Assembly (NCBI GenBank): GCA_963780225.1
Contig: CAWAAX010000027.1
Span: 32,001-96,000, forward strand
DNA length: 64,000 nucleotides
Direction: 5' to 3'
From: an uncultured bacterium
GTDB lineage: Bacteria > Edwardsbacteria > AC1 > EtOH8
Positions 45,514 through 54,177 of the stretch are shown here, piece by piece (position 1 is the stretch's first letter; each line of letters begins with the position of its first letter). The notes beneath the pieces were generated by a model, which was not told the origin of the DNA, ran no database searches, and saw only the letters and a list, made by a program, of their open reading frames with translations. Position numbers and translations under genes: made by a program.

Positions 45514-47319
45514 TTACATGTCCAATTTAAGTTTTAGTTCCTTTAACTGCCGATCATCCACTTCCGAGGGGCTGCCCTCCATCAGGCCGCTGCCCGAGGT
45601 GGTCTTGGGGAAGGCGATCACATCGCGGATGCTGTCCCCGCCGGTGATCATGGTCAGTATCCGGTCCACTCCGGGGGCTATACCTCCATGGGGCGGTGCC
45701 CCGTAATCGAAAGCCTCCAGCAAAAAGCCGAACTTCTTCTGGGCCTCTTCGGGGGACAGCCCCACCACCTTCATCACCTTTTCCTGAATGTCACGGCGGT
45801 GAATTCGTATTGAACCCGAAGCCAGCTCGGAGCCGTTGGCCACCAGGTCATACAACTGGCCCAGCACCTTGCCGGGATCTGTTTCAAGATATTCCAGGTG
45901 CTCCTCCTTGGGCATGCTGAACATGTGGTGTTCGGCCTCCCAGCGTTTCTCCTCTTCATTGTAGTGGAACAGCGGAAAATCGGTGATCCAGGCAAAGGCA
46001 AACTTGCCCTTTGGGATCAGGTCCATCCGTTTTGCGCATTCAATGCGCAACGCACCTAGAGCGGCCGCGACCACAGAAGGTTTGTCGGCCACAAACAGCA
46101 TTATATCCCCTTCCCTGGCGGACAGGGCCTGCATCAGTTCCTTGCCCAATTCTCCGGCAAAGAATTTTGCAACAGGCCCTTCAAGTGAAGCCAGAGGTTG
46201 GTTCCCGAGCGGTGTCGAGGGAACCTTGGCCCAAGCCAGACCCTTGGCCCCATATATCTTCACGAACTCGGTCAGGCCGTCTATGTCCTTGCGGGACCAC
46301 TTGCCCCCGCCAGGCACGCAAATGCCCTTCACCTGGCCCTTGTTCTCGAGGGCCTGCTTGAAAACCGAGAAATCCGATTTCATGGCAACCTGGGCGGCAT
46401 CGCATAATTCCATGCCAAAACGCATGTCCGGTTTGTCCGAACCGAAACGCCGCAGGGCCTCGGCATGGGCCAACCGCGGAAACGGCGTCTGGATCTCAAT
46501 CCCGGCCACTTTGGAGAATACCTCCTTGAACATGCCCTCGGCCAGGGCAAAGACCTTGTCCTGGGTGGCAAAGCTCATCTCGATGTCTATCTGGGTGTGC
46601 TCCGGCTGGCGGTCGGCCCGTAAATCCTCGTCGCGCAGACAGCGGGCGATCTGGAAATACTTGTCGAAGCCCGATACCATCAGGATCTGCTTGTAGATCT
46701 GGGGCGACTGGGGCAGAGCGTAGAACTTGCCGGGATGCACCCGGCAGGGGACAAGATAATCCCGGGCGCCTTCGGGCGTGCTGCGGGTCAACAGCGGCGT
46801 CTCTATCTCCAGAAAGTCCTGGGCGCTAAGGTAATTGCGGACCGCCAGCACGAATTTGTGCCGCAGGATGATGTTCTTGGCCAGGGCCGGGCGCCGCAGG
46901 TCCAGGTAGCGGTGCTTCAGCCGCAGTTCCTCGGAGGCGGTAGTGTTGTCCTCTATCACGAACGGCGGCACGGCGGAAGAATTGAGCAGTTTGACCTCCG
47001 CCGCCAGCACCTCGACCTCCCCGGTGGGCATCTCGGCGTTGGCCTGGCCCTGGGGCCGGGCCCGCACCGTGCCCCTGACCGCGACCACGAATTCCGATTT
47101 TAATTCGCTGGCCGCTTCGGTCAGCTCCGCGTTCTGGGCCGGGTCGAAGACTATCTGGGTGATGCCATAGCGGTCCCGCAGGTTGATGAATATCAGCCCG
47201 CCGTGGTTGCGGCTGCGGTGCACCCAGCCGCAGAGGATTGTTTCTTTTCCGATCTGGGAGGAGCGGAGCTCCCCGCAGGTGTGACTGCGCTGCCAGGCGC
47301 CTAAGGTTTCTAGTTTCAT
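45514..47319 (-). CDS. aspS: Aspartate--tRNA ligase
   Basis: RSHTCGELR, TPEGARDYLVP, LPQSPQ, RDEDLRADRQPE, GAPPHGGIA, FPKT. Confidence 0.98.
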   Translation of the reverse strand: MKLETLGAWQRSHTCGELRSSQIGKETILCGWVHRSRNHGGLIFINLRDRYGITQIVFDPAQNAELTEAASELKSEFVVAVRGTVRARPQGQANAEMPTGEVEVLAAEVKLLNSSAVPPFVIEDNTTASEELRLKHRYLDLRRPALAKNIILRHKFVLAVRNYLSAQDFLEIETPLLTRSTPEGARDYLVPCRVHPGKFYALPQSPQIYKQILMVSGFDKYFQIARCLRDEDLRADRQPEHTQIDIEMSFATQDKVFALAEGMFKEVFSKVAGIEIQTPFPRLAHAEALRRFGSDKPDMRFGMELCDAAQVAMKSDFSVFKQALENKGQVKGICVPGGGKWSRKDIDGLTEFVKIYGAKGLAWAKVPSTPLGNQPLASLEGPVAKFFAGELGKELMQALSAREGDIMLFVADKPSVVAAALGALRIECAKRMDLIPKGKFAFAWITDFPLFHYNEEEKRWEAEHHMFSMPKEEHLEYLETDPGKVLGQLYDLVANGSELASGSIRIHRRDIQEKVMKVVGLSPEEAQKKFGFLLEAFDYGAPPHGGIAPGVDRILTMITGGDSIRDVIAFPKTTSGSGLMEGSPSEVDDRQLKELKLKLDM

Positions 47320-47358
47320 GGTTGTCTTAAATATTGCTAAATTTCTAAATATTAATGA

Positions 47359-48327
47359 TTATTTTGCCACTCTAAAACCGATTTCATAACCTGCCGGATT
47401 TTTAGAAAATGTTTTATTCCCGCCATCTGGTGACAATGAGTTACGTGAATAGCAATTTAAAAAGTCTATTCCGTCTTTACTGTTCCAAGAACCTCCGCGT
47501 AAAATCCGTTTTGTTCCAATAGATATGCTATCTGTGATAGTTTCATAACCGTTCTGATTGAACCAATCCGAACACCATTCCATGGCGTTTCCAACCATAT
47601 CTCTGCAACCATAGGGGGATATGCCAGCAGGGAAACTGTCGATTTTGACAACATCATAAAGATTCTTTGCATCAGGCGCATATTTAGATATTGCCACATT
47701 GCATTTAGACTCATCAAAATCATTTCCCCAGGGATATTTTCTACCGTCAACTCCTCGAGCAGCTTTTTCCCATTCTGCATCAGCAACAAGGCGCAAGCCA
47801 GCCCAATCACAATAGGCTTTGGCCCCATACCAAGTTACATAAAGCACCGGGTGTTTTTCACAACCTCTTTCAACGGTGTATCTATCTCCATCCTTTTCAA
47901 TGCGACATTTTACAATTGAAAAAGCATAGTTGCCACCAATATTAAACTCAATAACTTTCTTCTCATTGAGCACAATAAGTATGTTTCCAGCATTGTCTGT
48001 TACGGAACCATGTTCATTTAGGAATTTCGCATATTGTTCGTTAGTGACTTCATACTTGCCGATTTTATATGAACTAAGGTTAACATTATGCAGAGTTGAT
48101 GCCCCGTTATTTTTGCGTTTTCCTTTATCACCATCAAGGCCCATAATAAATTCACCCGACGGAATCTCAATTAGCACCGAGCCGTCTTTTTCATTTGTGT
48201 ATTCTTTGAAACCTTGCTCATTTACCGTATATCTCTCTTGCATAGGATTGTCTTGGCCCAGTATTATGCTTGGAACAAGGCAAAAAGCAAACATACCGAT
48301 AATTACCGAAAACAGAACTTTTTTCAT
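47359..48327 (-). CDS. Formylglycine-generating enzyme (SUMF1)-domain protein (AT-rich)
   Basis: Signal peptide; GEFIMG, YEVTNEQY, HPV...W, AEWEKAARG, YPWG, DMVGNAMEW, RGGSW, IGFR. Confidence 0.9.
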   Translation of the reverse strand: MKKVLFSVIIGMFAFCLVPSIILGQDNPMQERYTVNEQGFKEYTNEKDGSVLIEIPSGEFIMGLDGDKGKRKNNGASTLHNVNLSSYKIGKYEVTNEQYAKFLNEHGSVTDNAGNILIVLNEKKVIEFNIGGNYAFSIVKCRIEKDGDRYTVERGCEKHPVLYVTWYGAKAYCDWAGLRLVADAEWEKAARGVDGRKYPWGNDFDESKCNVAISKYAPDAKNLYDVVKIDSFPAGISPYGCRDMVGNAMEWCSDWFNQNGYETITDSISIGTKRILRGGSWNSKDGIDFLNCYSRNSLSPDGGNKTFSKNPAGYEIGFRVAK

Positions 48328-48449
48328 TTTATGTTCTCCAACTAATTTTTAATGAAAATGTAAAATTTATTTTCGTGCCCTTTCGTGTTCCTTCGACGAA
48401 GCTTACCATGAGCATGACGAATGGCTCAGGACATGCTTTCGTAAGCAAG

Positions 48450-48788
48450 TTATTCCCCCTCGTCCCACATCTCATATGCCTTGCGCAGATGCGGTATGGT
48501 GATGGACCCTCCCACCACCAGCGAGATGTTCATGATCTCATCGAACTCCGCCTGGCTTACCCCCAGCTTCTTACACTGGATGACGTGATAGCTGATGCAG
48601 TCGTTGCAGCGCAGCACAGTGGAGGCGCACAGCCCCAGCATCTCCTTGGTCTTGCCCGGCAGAGCCCCGTCCTGGTAGGCGGCGGTGTCCAGGTTGAAGA
48701 ACCGCTTGATGCCGGTATGCTCCGCCGCCAGTATCCGGTCGTTCATCTTGGTGCGGTAGGCGTTGAATTCTTTGGTTTTTTCTGACAT
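48450..48788 (-). CDS. Carboxymuconolactone decarboxylase/AhpD-family protein
   Basis: KTKEMLGL...LRCNDCISYH...GGSITIPH. Confidence 0.9.
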   Translation of the reverse strand: MSEKTKEFNAYRTKMNDRILAAEHTGIKRFFNLDTAAYQDGALPGKTKEMLGLCASTVLRCNDCISYHVIQCKKLGVSQAEFDEIMNISLVVGGSITIPHLRKAYEMWDEGE

Positions 48789-48879
48789 GGTTGCTCCGGA
48801 TTTTTATGGTAGAGTATTACCCTTGTTTCTGACCGCCCCCTTTATCCCCCTCCGCATCGGAGGGGGTTGGGGGAGGTCT

Positions 48880-50142
48880 TCACTCGCACTGGCAGTACTT
48901 CGGCACATTGATCACCAGTTCATCAAAGGCCACCTCGGCCTGCTCGTGCTTGTCCATATCCTTCAGCGTCACTACGCCCTTCTTGATCTCGTCCTCACCT
49001 ATCAGGGCCACGTAGCGGGCGTTGAGCCGCCCGGCCTCGCGCATCTGGGCCTTTAAACTGCGGCCCAGCAATTCCTGCTCGCAGACCAATCCCTTTTGCC
49101 GCAGCTGTGAGCAAAGCAGGCTGCCCTTCTTCACCGCCTCATCGCCCAAAGTGGCGATGTAGACATCGGGCCGCTTCTCCGGCGGCAGGTTCACTCCCTG
49201 ATTTTTGAGCGCCAAAACATATCTCTCCAGACCTGAGCCAAAGCCCACTCCGGGAGCGGGGCTGCCCCCCAGTTCCTCCATCAGACCGTCGTAGCGCCCG
49301 CCGCCGCCCAGGGCATCCTGCGCCCCCAGGTGCTGTGAAACAACTTCGAAGGCCGTCCGGGTGTAGTAGTCCAGTCCGCGCACCAGGTTCTTGTCAAGGG
49401 TGAACGGGATCTCAATGTCTTTTAATCTGTCCTGCACCGTCTGAAAATGCGTCTTGCAGTCGCCGCACAAAAAGTCCTTCATCTCCGGGACATCCTTGAA
49501 CTTTCCCTGGTCTATCTTGCAGTCCAGTATCCTCAGGGGATTGCGGTCATAGCGGTCCTTGCAATTGTCGCAGAGTTCCGGCAGCATGGGTTTGAAATAG
49601 TCCATAAGTTTCTGGCGGTAGGGTGGCCGGCACTGGGCGCAGCCCAGGCTGTTGAGTCTTAGGCTTAAGCCTCCCAGACCCAGTTTCTGCAGGGTGAAGA
49701 ACAACAGCGAGATCGCCTCCACATCGGCCAGGGGGCTGTTGCTTCCCAGCACCTCGGCCCCGAACTGGGTGTGCTGGCGCATCCGGCCGGCCTGGGGCCG
49801 CTCATAGCGGAACATGGGAGCCAGATAAAAGACCTTGACGTACGGCTGTTCCTTGAGTGTGTTGTGTTCTATCAAGGCCCGCAGCACCGGCGGCGTACCC
49901 TCGGGCCGCAGGGTGATGGAGCGCTGGCCCTTGTCGGTGAAGGTGTACATCTCTTTCTGGACGATGTCGGTGGTGTCCCCGGTGCCCTTGACGAACAGCG
50001 CGGTGTCCTCAAAGACGGGGGTGCGGATCTCTTTGAACCCGTAGATCCGGGCCTGCTCCCGGATCACCGATTCTATGTGCTGCCAGAGATGGACCTGGTC
50101 CGGCATCACGTCATAAGTGCCCTTGCTGGCTTGAAATTTCAT
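48880..50142 (-). CDS. hisS: Histidine--tRNA ligase
   Basis: DIVQKEMYTF, LRPEGT, FRYERPQAGR, LVRGLDYY, GGGRYDGL. Confidence 0.98.
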   Translation of the reverse strand: MKFQASKGTYDVMPDQVHLWQHIESVIREQARIYGFKEIRTPVFEDTALFVKGTGDTTDIVQKEMYTFTDKGQRSITLRPEGTPPVLRALIEHNTLKEQPYVKVFYLAPMFRYERPQAGRMRQHTQFGAEVLGSNSPLADVEAISLLFFTLQKLGLGGLSLRLNSLGCAQCRPPYRQKLMDYFKPMLPELCDNCKDRYDRNPLRILDCKIDQGKFKDVPEMKDFLCGDCKTHFQTVQDRLKDIEIPFTLDKNLVRGLDYYTRTAFEVVSQHLGAQDALGGGGRYDGLMEELGGSPAPGVGFGSGLERYVLALKNQGVNLPPEKRPDVYIATLGDEAVKKGSLLCSQLRQKGLVCEQELLGRSLKAQMREAGRLNARYVALIGEDEIKKGVVTLKDMDKHEQAEVAFDELVINVPKYCQCE

Positions 50143-50510
50143 TTTTCTTCATCCTTGTTCTTGTAGCATAGTTTGGAGATTCCAGTGCCCGCCGTAAAAC
50201 CTATGACGTTCATGGAGAAGTCCAACAATGATACGGTCCTTCCCGGGACCATCACTTCATGATATTCGTCAATGGCGGCCAGGCCCAGCCCCATTACCAG
50301 CATCACCGCCCACAACCCCTTATGCCGGTATCCCGTCATTGAAAAAGCCCGGGCCGCCAGCACCGCCAGCACCAGGTACACCACAATGTGGAATACCAGG
50401 TCGGCATGGGGGTACCCGGCCGGGGTCGTTAAATTGGGGATGGAGGTGGCCGTGATCATCAAAACCAGCCAGGCGGCTACCGGGCCCCAGATCAATAGTT
50501 TCTTCCGCAT
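50139..50510 (-). CDS. VanZ-family membrane protein
   Basis: D..H...Y..L, DEYH...PGR...D...N pattern; hydrophobic. Confidence 0.85.
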   Translation of the reverse strand: MRKKLLIWGPVAAWLVLMITATSIPNLTTPAGYPHADLVFHIVVYLVLAVLAARAFSMTGYRHKGLWAVMLVMGLGLAAIDEYHEVMVPGRTVSLLDFSMNVIGFTAGTGISKLCYKNKDEEK

Positions 50511-50517
50511 TATTTTC

Positions 50518-50970
50518 TTATTCCACCTGACTGAATATTTTAAGCACTTCTTCGGCGCTGGCCGCCTTCACCAGCTGCTCCCGGATCTGGTCCCGGTTCA
50601 AAAGCCGGGAGACCAAAGCCAGGGCCTTGACGTGGTCGGCAATGAAATGCTGGGGGGTGGCCACAAAAAAGAAGATCTGCACCGGCTGGTCGTCCAGCGA
50701 TCCGAAGTCCACCGGCAGCCGGCTGATGCCGAAGGCTCCGGTCATCTTCTTAAGTTCTTTGGTGCGGCCGTGGGGAATGGCCACTCCCTTGCCGATCCCG
50801 GTGGACATCAGCCCTTCCCGCTCCATGGCCGAACGGAGCAGGTCCGGCTGGTTCTCTATCAGCCCGGCCCCGGCCATCAAAGCCACCAGTTCCGCAATGA
50901 TCTCCTCCTTGGTGGTCCCGTTAAGCGGAACCTTGATGCAGTTCAGCTCCAGTATTTCGTTGATCTTCAT
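50518..50970 (-). CDS. PTS EIIA (Ntr/Fru type) protein
   Basis: EREGLMSTGIGKGVAIPH, DFGSLD. Confidence 0.92.
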   Translation of the reverse strand: MKINEILELNCIKVPLNGTTKEEIIAELVALMAGAGLIENQPDLLRSAMEREGLMSTGIGKGVAIPHGRTKELKKMTGAFGISRLPVDFGSLDDQPVQIFFFVATPQHFIADHVKALALVSRLLNRDQIREQLVKAASAEEVLKIFSQVE

Positions 50971-51000
50971 CTCTATCGCCTTATATTGTTAATTTCATTT

Positions 51001-51326
51001 AATGCCTATCCAATTAGCTCAGGATAGTGGTTGAATGCCCGGTACCAACCCCGGTATGTCGCGTTAAAACGATCAGTGAGCATCGCAGTTGACGCCGGAA
51101 AAAGCTTGTCTGCGCCTGTTTGAGGGCTGGGCCAAAGCCCGAGTTCAGACAAGCCCGCCGGCAACGAGAAGCGCAACGCCCGGAGAGTTTTAAGCGACGA
51201 GCTTTTTCTTTTGGTTCTTTTCTTGTTGGCGGTACAAAAAGAAAAGAACGTAATCAGGCTAAATCTACTAATTCACCAAACCGGCTATATTCTTTCTACT
51301 TTTCCTGAGCCGATTGGAGAATCATT
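51001..51326 (-). mobile_element. MITE-like element with structured core, copy 2 (326 bp)
   Basis: TIRs aatgcctatccaattagctcagga / tcctgagccgattggagaatcatt; flanks tgttaatttcattt (50987-51000) and tgttaatttctttt (51327-51340), 13 of 14 identical. Confidence 0.9.
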
Positions 51327-51338
51327 TGTTAATTTCTT

Positions 51339-52352
51339 TTAACAGATCCGCGGCAGGGCCTCGCCCTCCAGCATCATCAGCGGCCGTCTGCTCCCTAAGA
51401 ACGTGGTCAGCAGCACCTGCGGTTTGCCGGTTTGAACACTGCCGATGATGGCCGCATCTTTTCCCAGCGGGTCCCGGCGCATGACACTCAATATCTTTTC
51501 CGAATCTTCCCGGGGCACGATGGCTATCAGTTTGCCCTCGTTGGCCACATACAGCGGGTCCAGGCCCAGCATCTCGCAGGCGCCTTTTACTTCCTGTTTG
51601 ACCGGTATCTTTTCTTCCTCGATGTTGATGATGACCTTTGATTGCAGCGCGATCTCGTTGAGCGTGGTGGCCAGCCCGCCCCGGGTAGGGTCGCGCAGAA
51701 CGTGGATCAGTCCCGTCTTCAGCATTGCTCCGACCAGTCCGTTGAGCGGAGCCGCATCACTGAGAAGATTCCCGCTCAGGCCAAAATTGTTCCGGGCGTT
51801 GATCACCGCCGCGCCGTGGTCGCCGATGGAACCGCTTATGATCACCACATCCCCCGGAACCGCCAGGGAGCCTGAGATCTCGACTCCCTCAGGGATCACC
51901 CCCACCCCGGAGGTATTGATGAACAGGCCGTCGCAGGCGCCCTTGTCCACCACCTTGGTGTCACCGGTTACTATGGACACGCCTGCCTCTTTGGCGGCCG
52001 CAGCCATGGAATCAGCCACCTTTCCCAGCATTTCCAGGGAGAAGCCTTCTTCTATGATGAATCCAACCGAAAGATACAATGGCCGAGCCCCCTTCATGGC
52101 CAGGTCGTTGACCGTGCCGCAGACCGCCAGCCGCCCGATGTCCCCGCCGGGAAAGAACAGCGGCTTGACCACGTAGCTATCCGTGGTAAAAGCCATTCTG
52201 CTTTCTGCCTTTGCCATTCTGAATTCGGCAGAGTCATCCCCCTGGTTGAGCAGAGCGTTTGAAAAACGAGTCTTGAATACCTTTTCAATCAACTCGTGGG
52301 AAAGACGCCCGCCGGAGCCGTGGGCTAAAAGTATTTTATCGGCAACACCCAA
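51339..52352 (-). CDS. hypE: Hydrogenase maturation protein HypE
   Basis: LAHGSGG, FTTDSYVVKPLFFPGGDIG, RDPTRGG, C-terminal LPRIC; probable TTG start at 52352. Confidence 0.96.
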   Translation of the reverse strand: MGVADKILLAHGSGGRLSHELIEKVFKTRFSNALLNQGDDSAEFRMAKAESRMAFTTDSYVVKPLFFPGGDIGRLAVCGTVNDLAMKGARPLYLSVGFIIEEGFSLEMLGKVADSMAAAAKEAGVSIVTGDTKVVDKGACDGLFINTSGVGVIPEGVEISGSLAVPGDVVIISGSIGDHGAAVINARNNFGLSGNLLSDAAPLNGLVGAMLKTGLIHVLRDPTRGGLATTLNEIALQSKVIINIEEEKIPVKQEVKGACEMLGLDPLYVANEGKLIAIVPREDSEKILSVMRRDPLGKDAAIIGSVQTGKPQVLLTTFLGSRRPLMMLEGEALPRIC

Positions 52353-52359
52353 TGGTTTT

Positions 52360-53490
52360 TTATTTTTGATTTTTAATATTTTGTTTTTCAGTCCCCGTCC
52401 CGTACTTGTACCACGCCGCGCAGGCCCCTTCGGAGGACACCATGCAGGGCCCCACCGGGCTTTCCGGTGTGCATTTATTCCCGAACATCGGGCATTCATC
52501 AGGCTGATGAAGCCCCATCATCACCTGGCCGCAGATGCAGCCCTGGGGCTCTATGGCCGGCGGGACTTCGATCTTAAATCGTTTTGCGGCGTCGAAAGAA
52601 ACGTATTCTTCCAGGAAGCAAAGCCCTGTCTCCTGTATGCTGCCGATGGCCCGCCATTCGGCGGTGCAGGGCTGCATCACTTTGTCCAGTATTGCCAGGG
52701 CGTGGGGGTTGCCGGCATCCGGCACGCCCCGCCGGTACTCGGTCTGAACGCGGAAAGCCAGCCCGTCCTTTTTATGGCTTCGGAGCTGTTCCAGCAGCAT
52801 TACTATTGATTCCAGGATGTCCAGCGGCTCGAACCCGGCGATGACGCAGGGGATCTGATATTTTGCCGGGATGAATTGATAAGGCCGGCTACCGATGATG
52901 GCCGAAACGTGGCCCGGGCAGAGGAACCCGTCTATCCTGGTCCGGCCGGATTCCAGTATGGCTTTCAGGGCATGAGGCACGGTCTTGAAGGCCGGATAGA
53001 CCGAGAAATTTCCGATGCCCTTCTCTTTGGCCTCCAGCACCGCGGCGATGATGGTGGGCGAGGTGGTCTCGAAACCCACCCCGGCGAAGACCACCTGCTT
53101 TTGCGGGTTCTCGGCTGCGATCTGCAGGGCATCCAGCGGAGAATACAGTATCCTGACATCGGCCCCCTGGGACTTGGCCTCCCGCAGGCTGCTGTGCGAA
53201 CCGGGAACGCGGATCATATCGCCGAAGGTGGTGAAGATGACATCCTTCAGCCCGGCAATGGCTATCATCCGGTCGATATCATAAAGCGAAGTGACGCAGA
53301 CCGGGCAGCCCGGCCCGGATAAAAGTTTTATTGACTTGGGGATCAGCCCCCGGATGCCGAACTGGGATATGGCCATGGTGTGGCTGCCGCAAACCTCCAT
53401 GAAGGAATAAGGGCCGTCGCACAGGCTCTCTATCCTTTTGACCAGTTTTGCGGCCACCACCGGGTCGCGGAATTTATCAAGATCGATCAT
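52360..53490 (-). CDS. hypD: Hydrogenase formation protein HypD
   Basis: MEVCGSHT, GPGCPVC, GFETT, PGHVS, CMVSSEGACAA. Confidence 0.97.
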   Translation of the reverse strand: MIDLDKFRDPVVAAKLVKRIESLCDGPYSFMEVCGSHTMAISQFGIRGLIPKSIKLLSGPGCPVCVTSLYDIDRMIAIAGLKDVIFTTFGDMIRVPGSHSSLREAKSQGADVRILYSPLDALQIAAENPQKQVVFAGVGFETTSPTIIAAVLEAKEKGIGNFSVYPAFKTVPHALKAILESGRTRIDGFLCPGHVSAIIGSRPYQFIPAKYQIPCVIAGFEPLDILESIVMLLEQLRSHKKDGLAFRVQTEYRRGVPDAGNPHALAILDKVMQPCTAEWRAIGSIQETGLCFLEEYVSFDAAKRFKIEVPPAIEPQGCICGQVMMGLHQPDECPMFGNKCTPESPVGPCMVSSEGACAAWYKYGTGTEKQNIKNQK

Positions 53491-53502
53491 GCTGGCTGGC
53501 TG

Positions 53503-53724
53503 TCAGGTGATGGTGATGCCGGTCTCTTCCAGCAAACGGTATGTTTCCTCGGCCTCTTTGGGATCTATCCGCTGGATGGCAAAACCGGCGTGGATCAGCA
53601 CGAACTCCCCTACCTTGGCGTCGGGCATCATATGAAGGCCGATGCTGCGCTTAAGGCCCCGGATGTCCACCTCGGCCTTGTTCCCCTCGATGGTCTCGAT
53701 CTTTGCTGGTATGGCTAAACACAT
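53503..53724 (-). CDS. hypC: Hydrogenase assembly chaperone HypC
   Basis: MCLAIPA...HAGFA. Confidence 0.96.
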   Translation of the reverse strand: MCLAIPAKIETIEGNKAEVDIRGLKRSIGLHMMPDAKVGEFVLIHAGFAIQRIDPKEAEETYRLLEETGITIT

Positions 53725-53760
53725 ATTAGGTAATTAATAAATGGTTAAATTAAAAAATGG

Positions 53761-54150
53761 TCAAGTTAGTTTTGACCGGTTTAAATAACTTATGTATCCG
53801 TTGAGCAACCGGGCCGCAGTATCCATCAGGGCTTCCCCTTTTGCATATTCCTCGCTGGTAATATAATTTTCGTCTAAGCAGGTTATGAAATGGTCTTTAA
53901 CTTCGTATAGGGATCCTCTGGACTGCCTGCAATATTGAATATTTTCCTGGTAGTGATATCTTCCATACCCTTCAGCGATATTTGCAGTGATTGAGACGGC
54001 TGCTCGCTTGATTTGACTCACTAAATTAGTTTTTTCTGAGACGGGTAATTTATTTGCTATAAGGTAAGCATATTTGCGCACCTCCCTGGCCGCTTTCCAC
54101 GCCGTTAAATCTTCAAAGGACTTTACCTTTTTAACTTGGCTATCATCCAT
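53761..54150 (-). CDS. Four-helix-bundle protein (23S rRNA IVS protein / Avd-like family)
   Basis: FEDL..W, LP..E...L..Q..RAAVSI.ANIAEG.GR, SRGSLYE; AT-richer than neighbouring hyp genes. Confidence 0.93.
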   Translation of the reverse strand: MDDSQVKKVKSFEDLTAWKAAREVRKYAYLIANKLPVSEKTNLVSQIKRAAVSITANIAEGYGRYHYQENIQYCRQSRGSLYEVKDHFITCLDENYITSEEYAKGEALMDTAARLLNGYISYLNRSKLT

Positions 54151-54177
54151 AAATCCACCATTTATTTATTTTCCCAT

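Noticed and set aside
53761..54150. Diversity-generating retroelement (Avd-like gene, plus an FGE/CLec-type gene at 47359-48327)
   Set aside because: No reverse transcriptase and no template/variable repeat pair was seen in the window.
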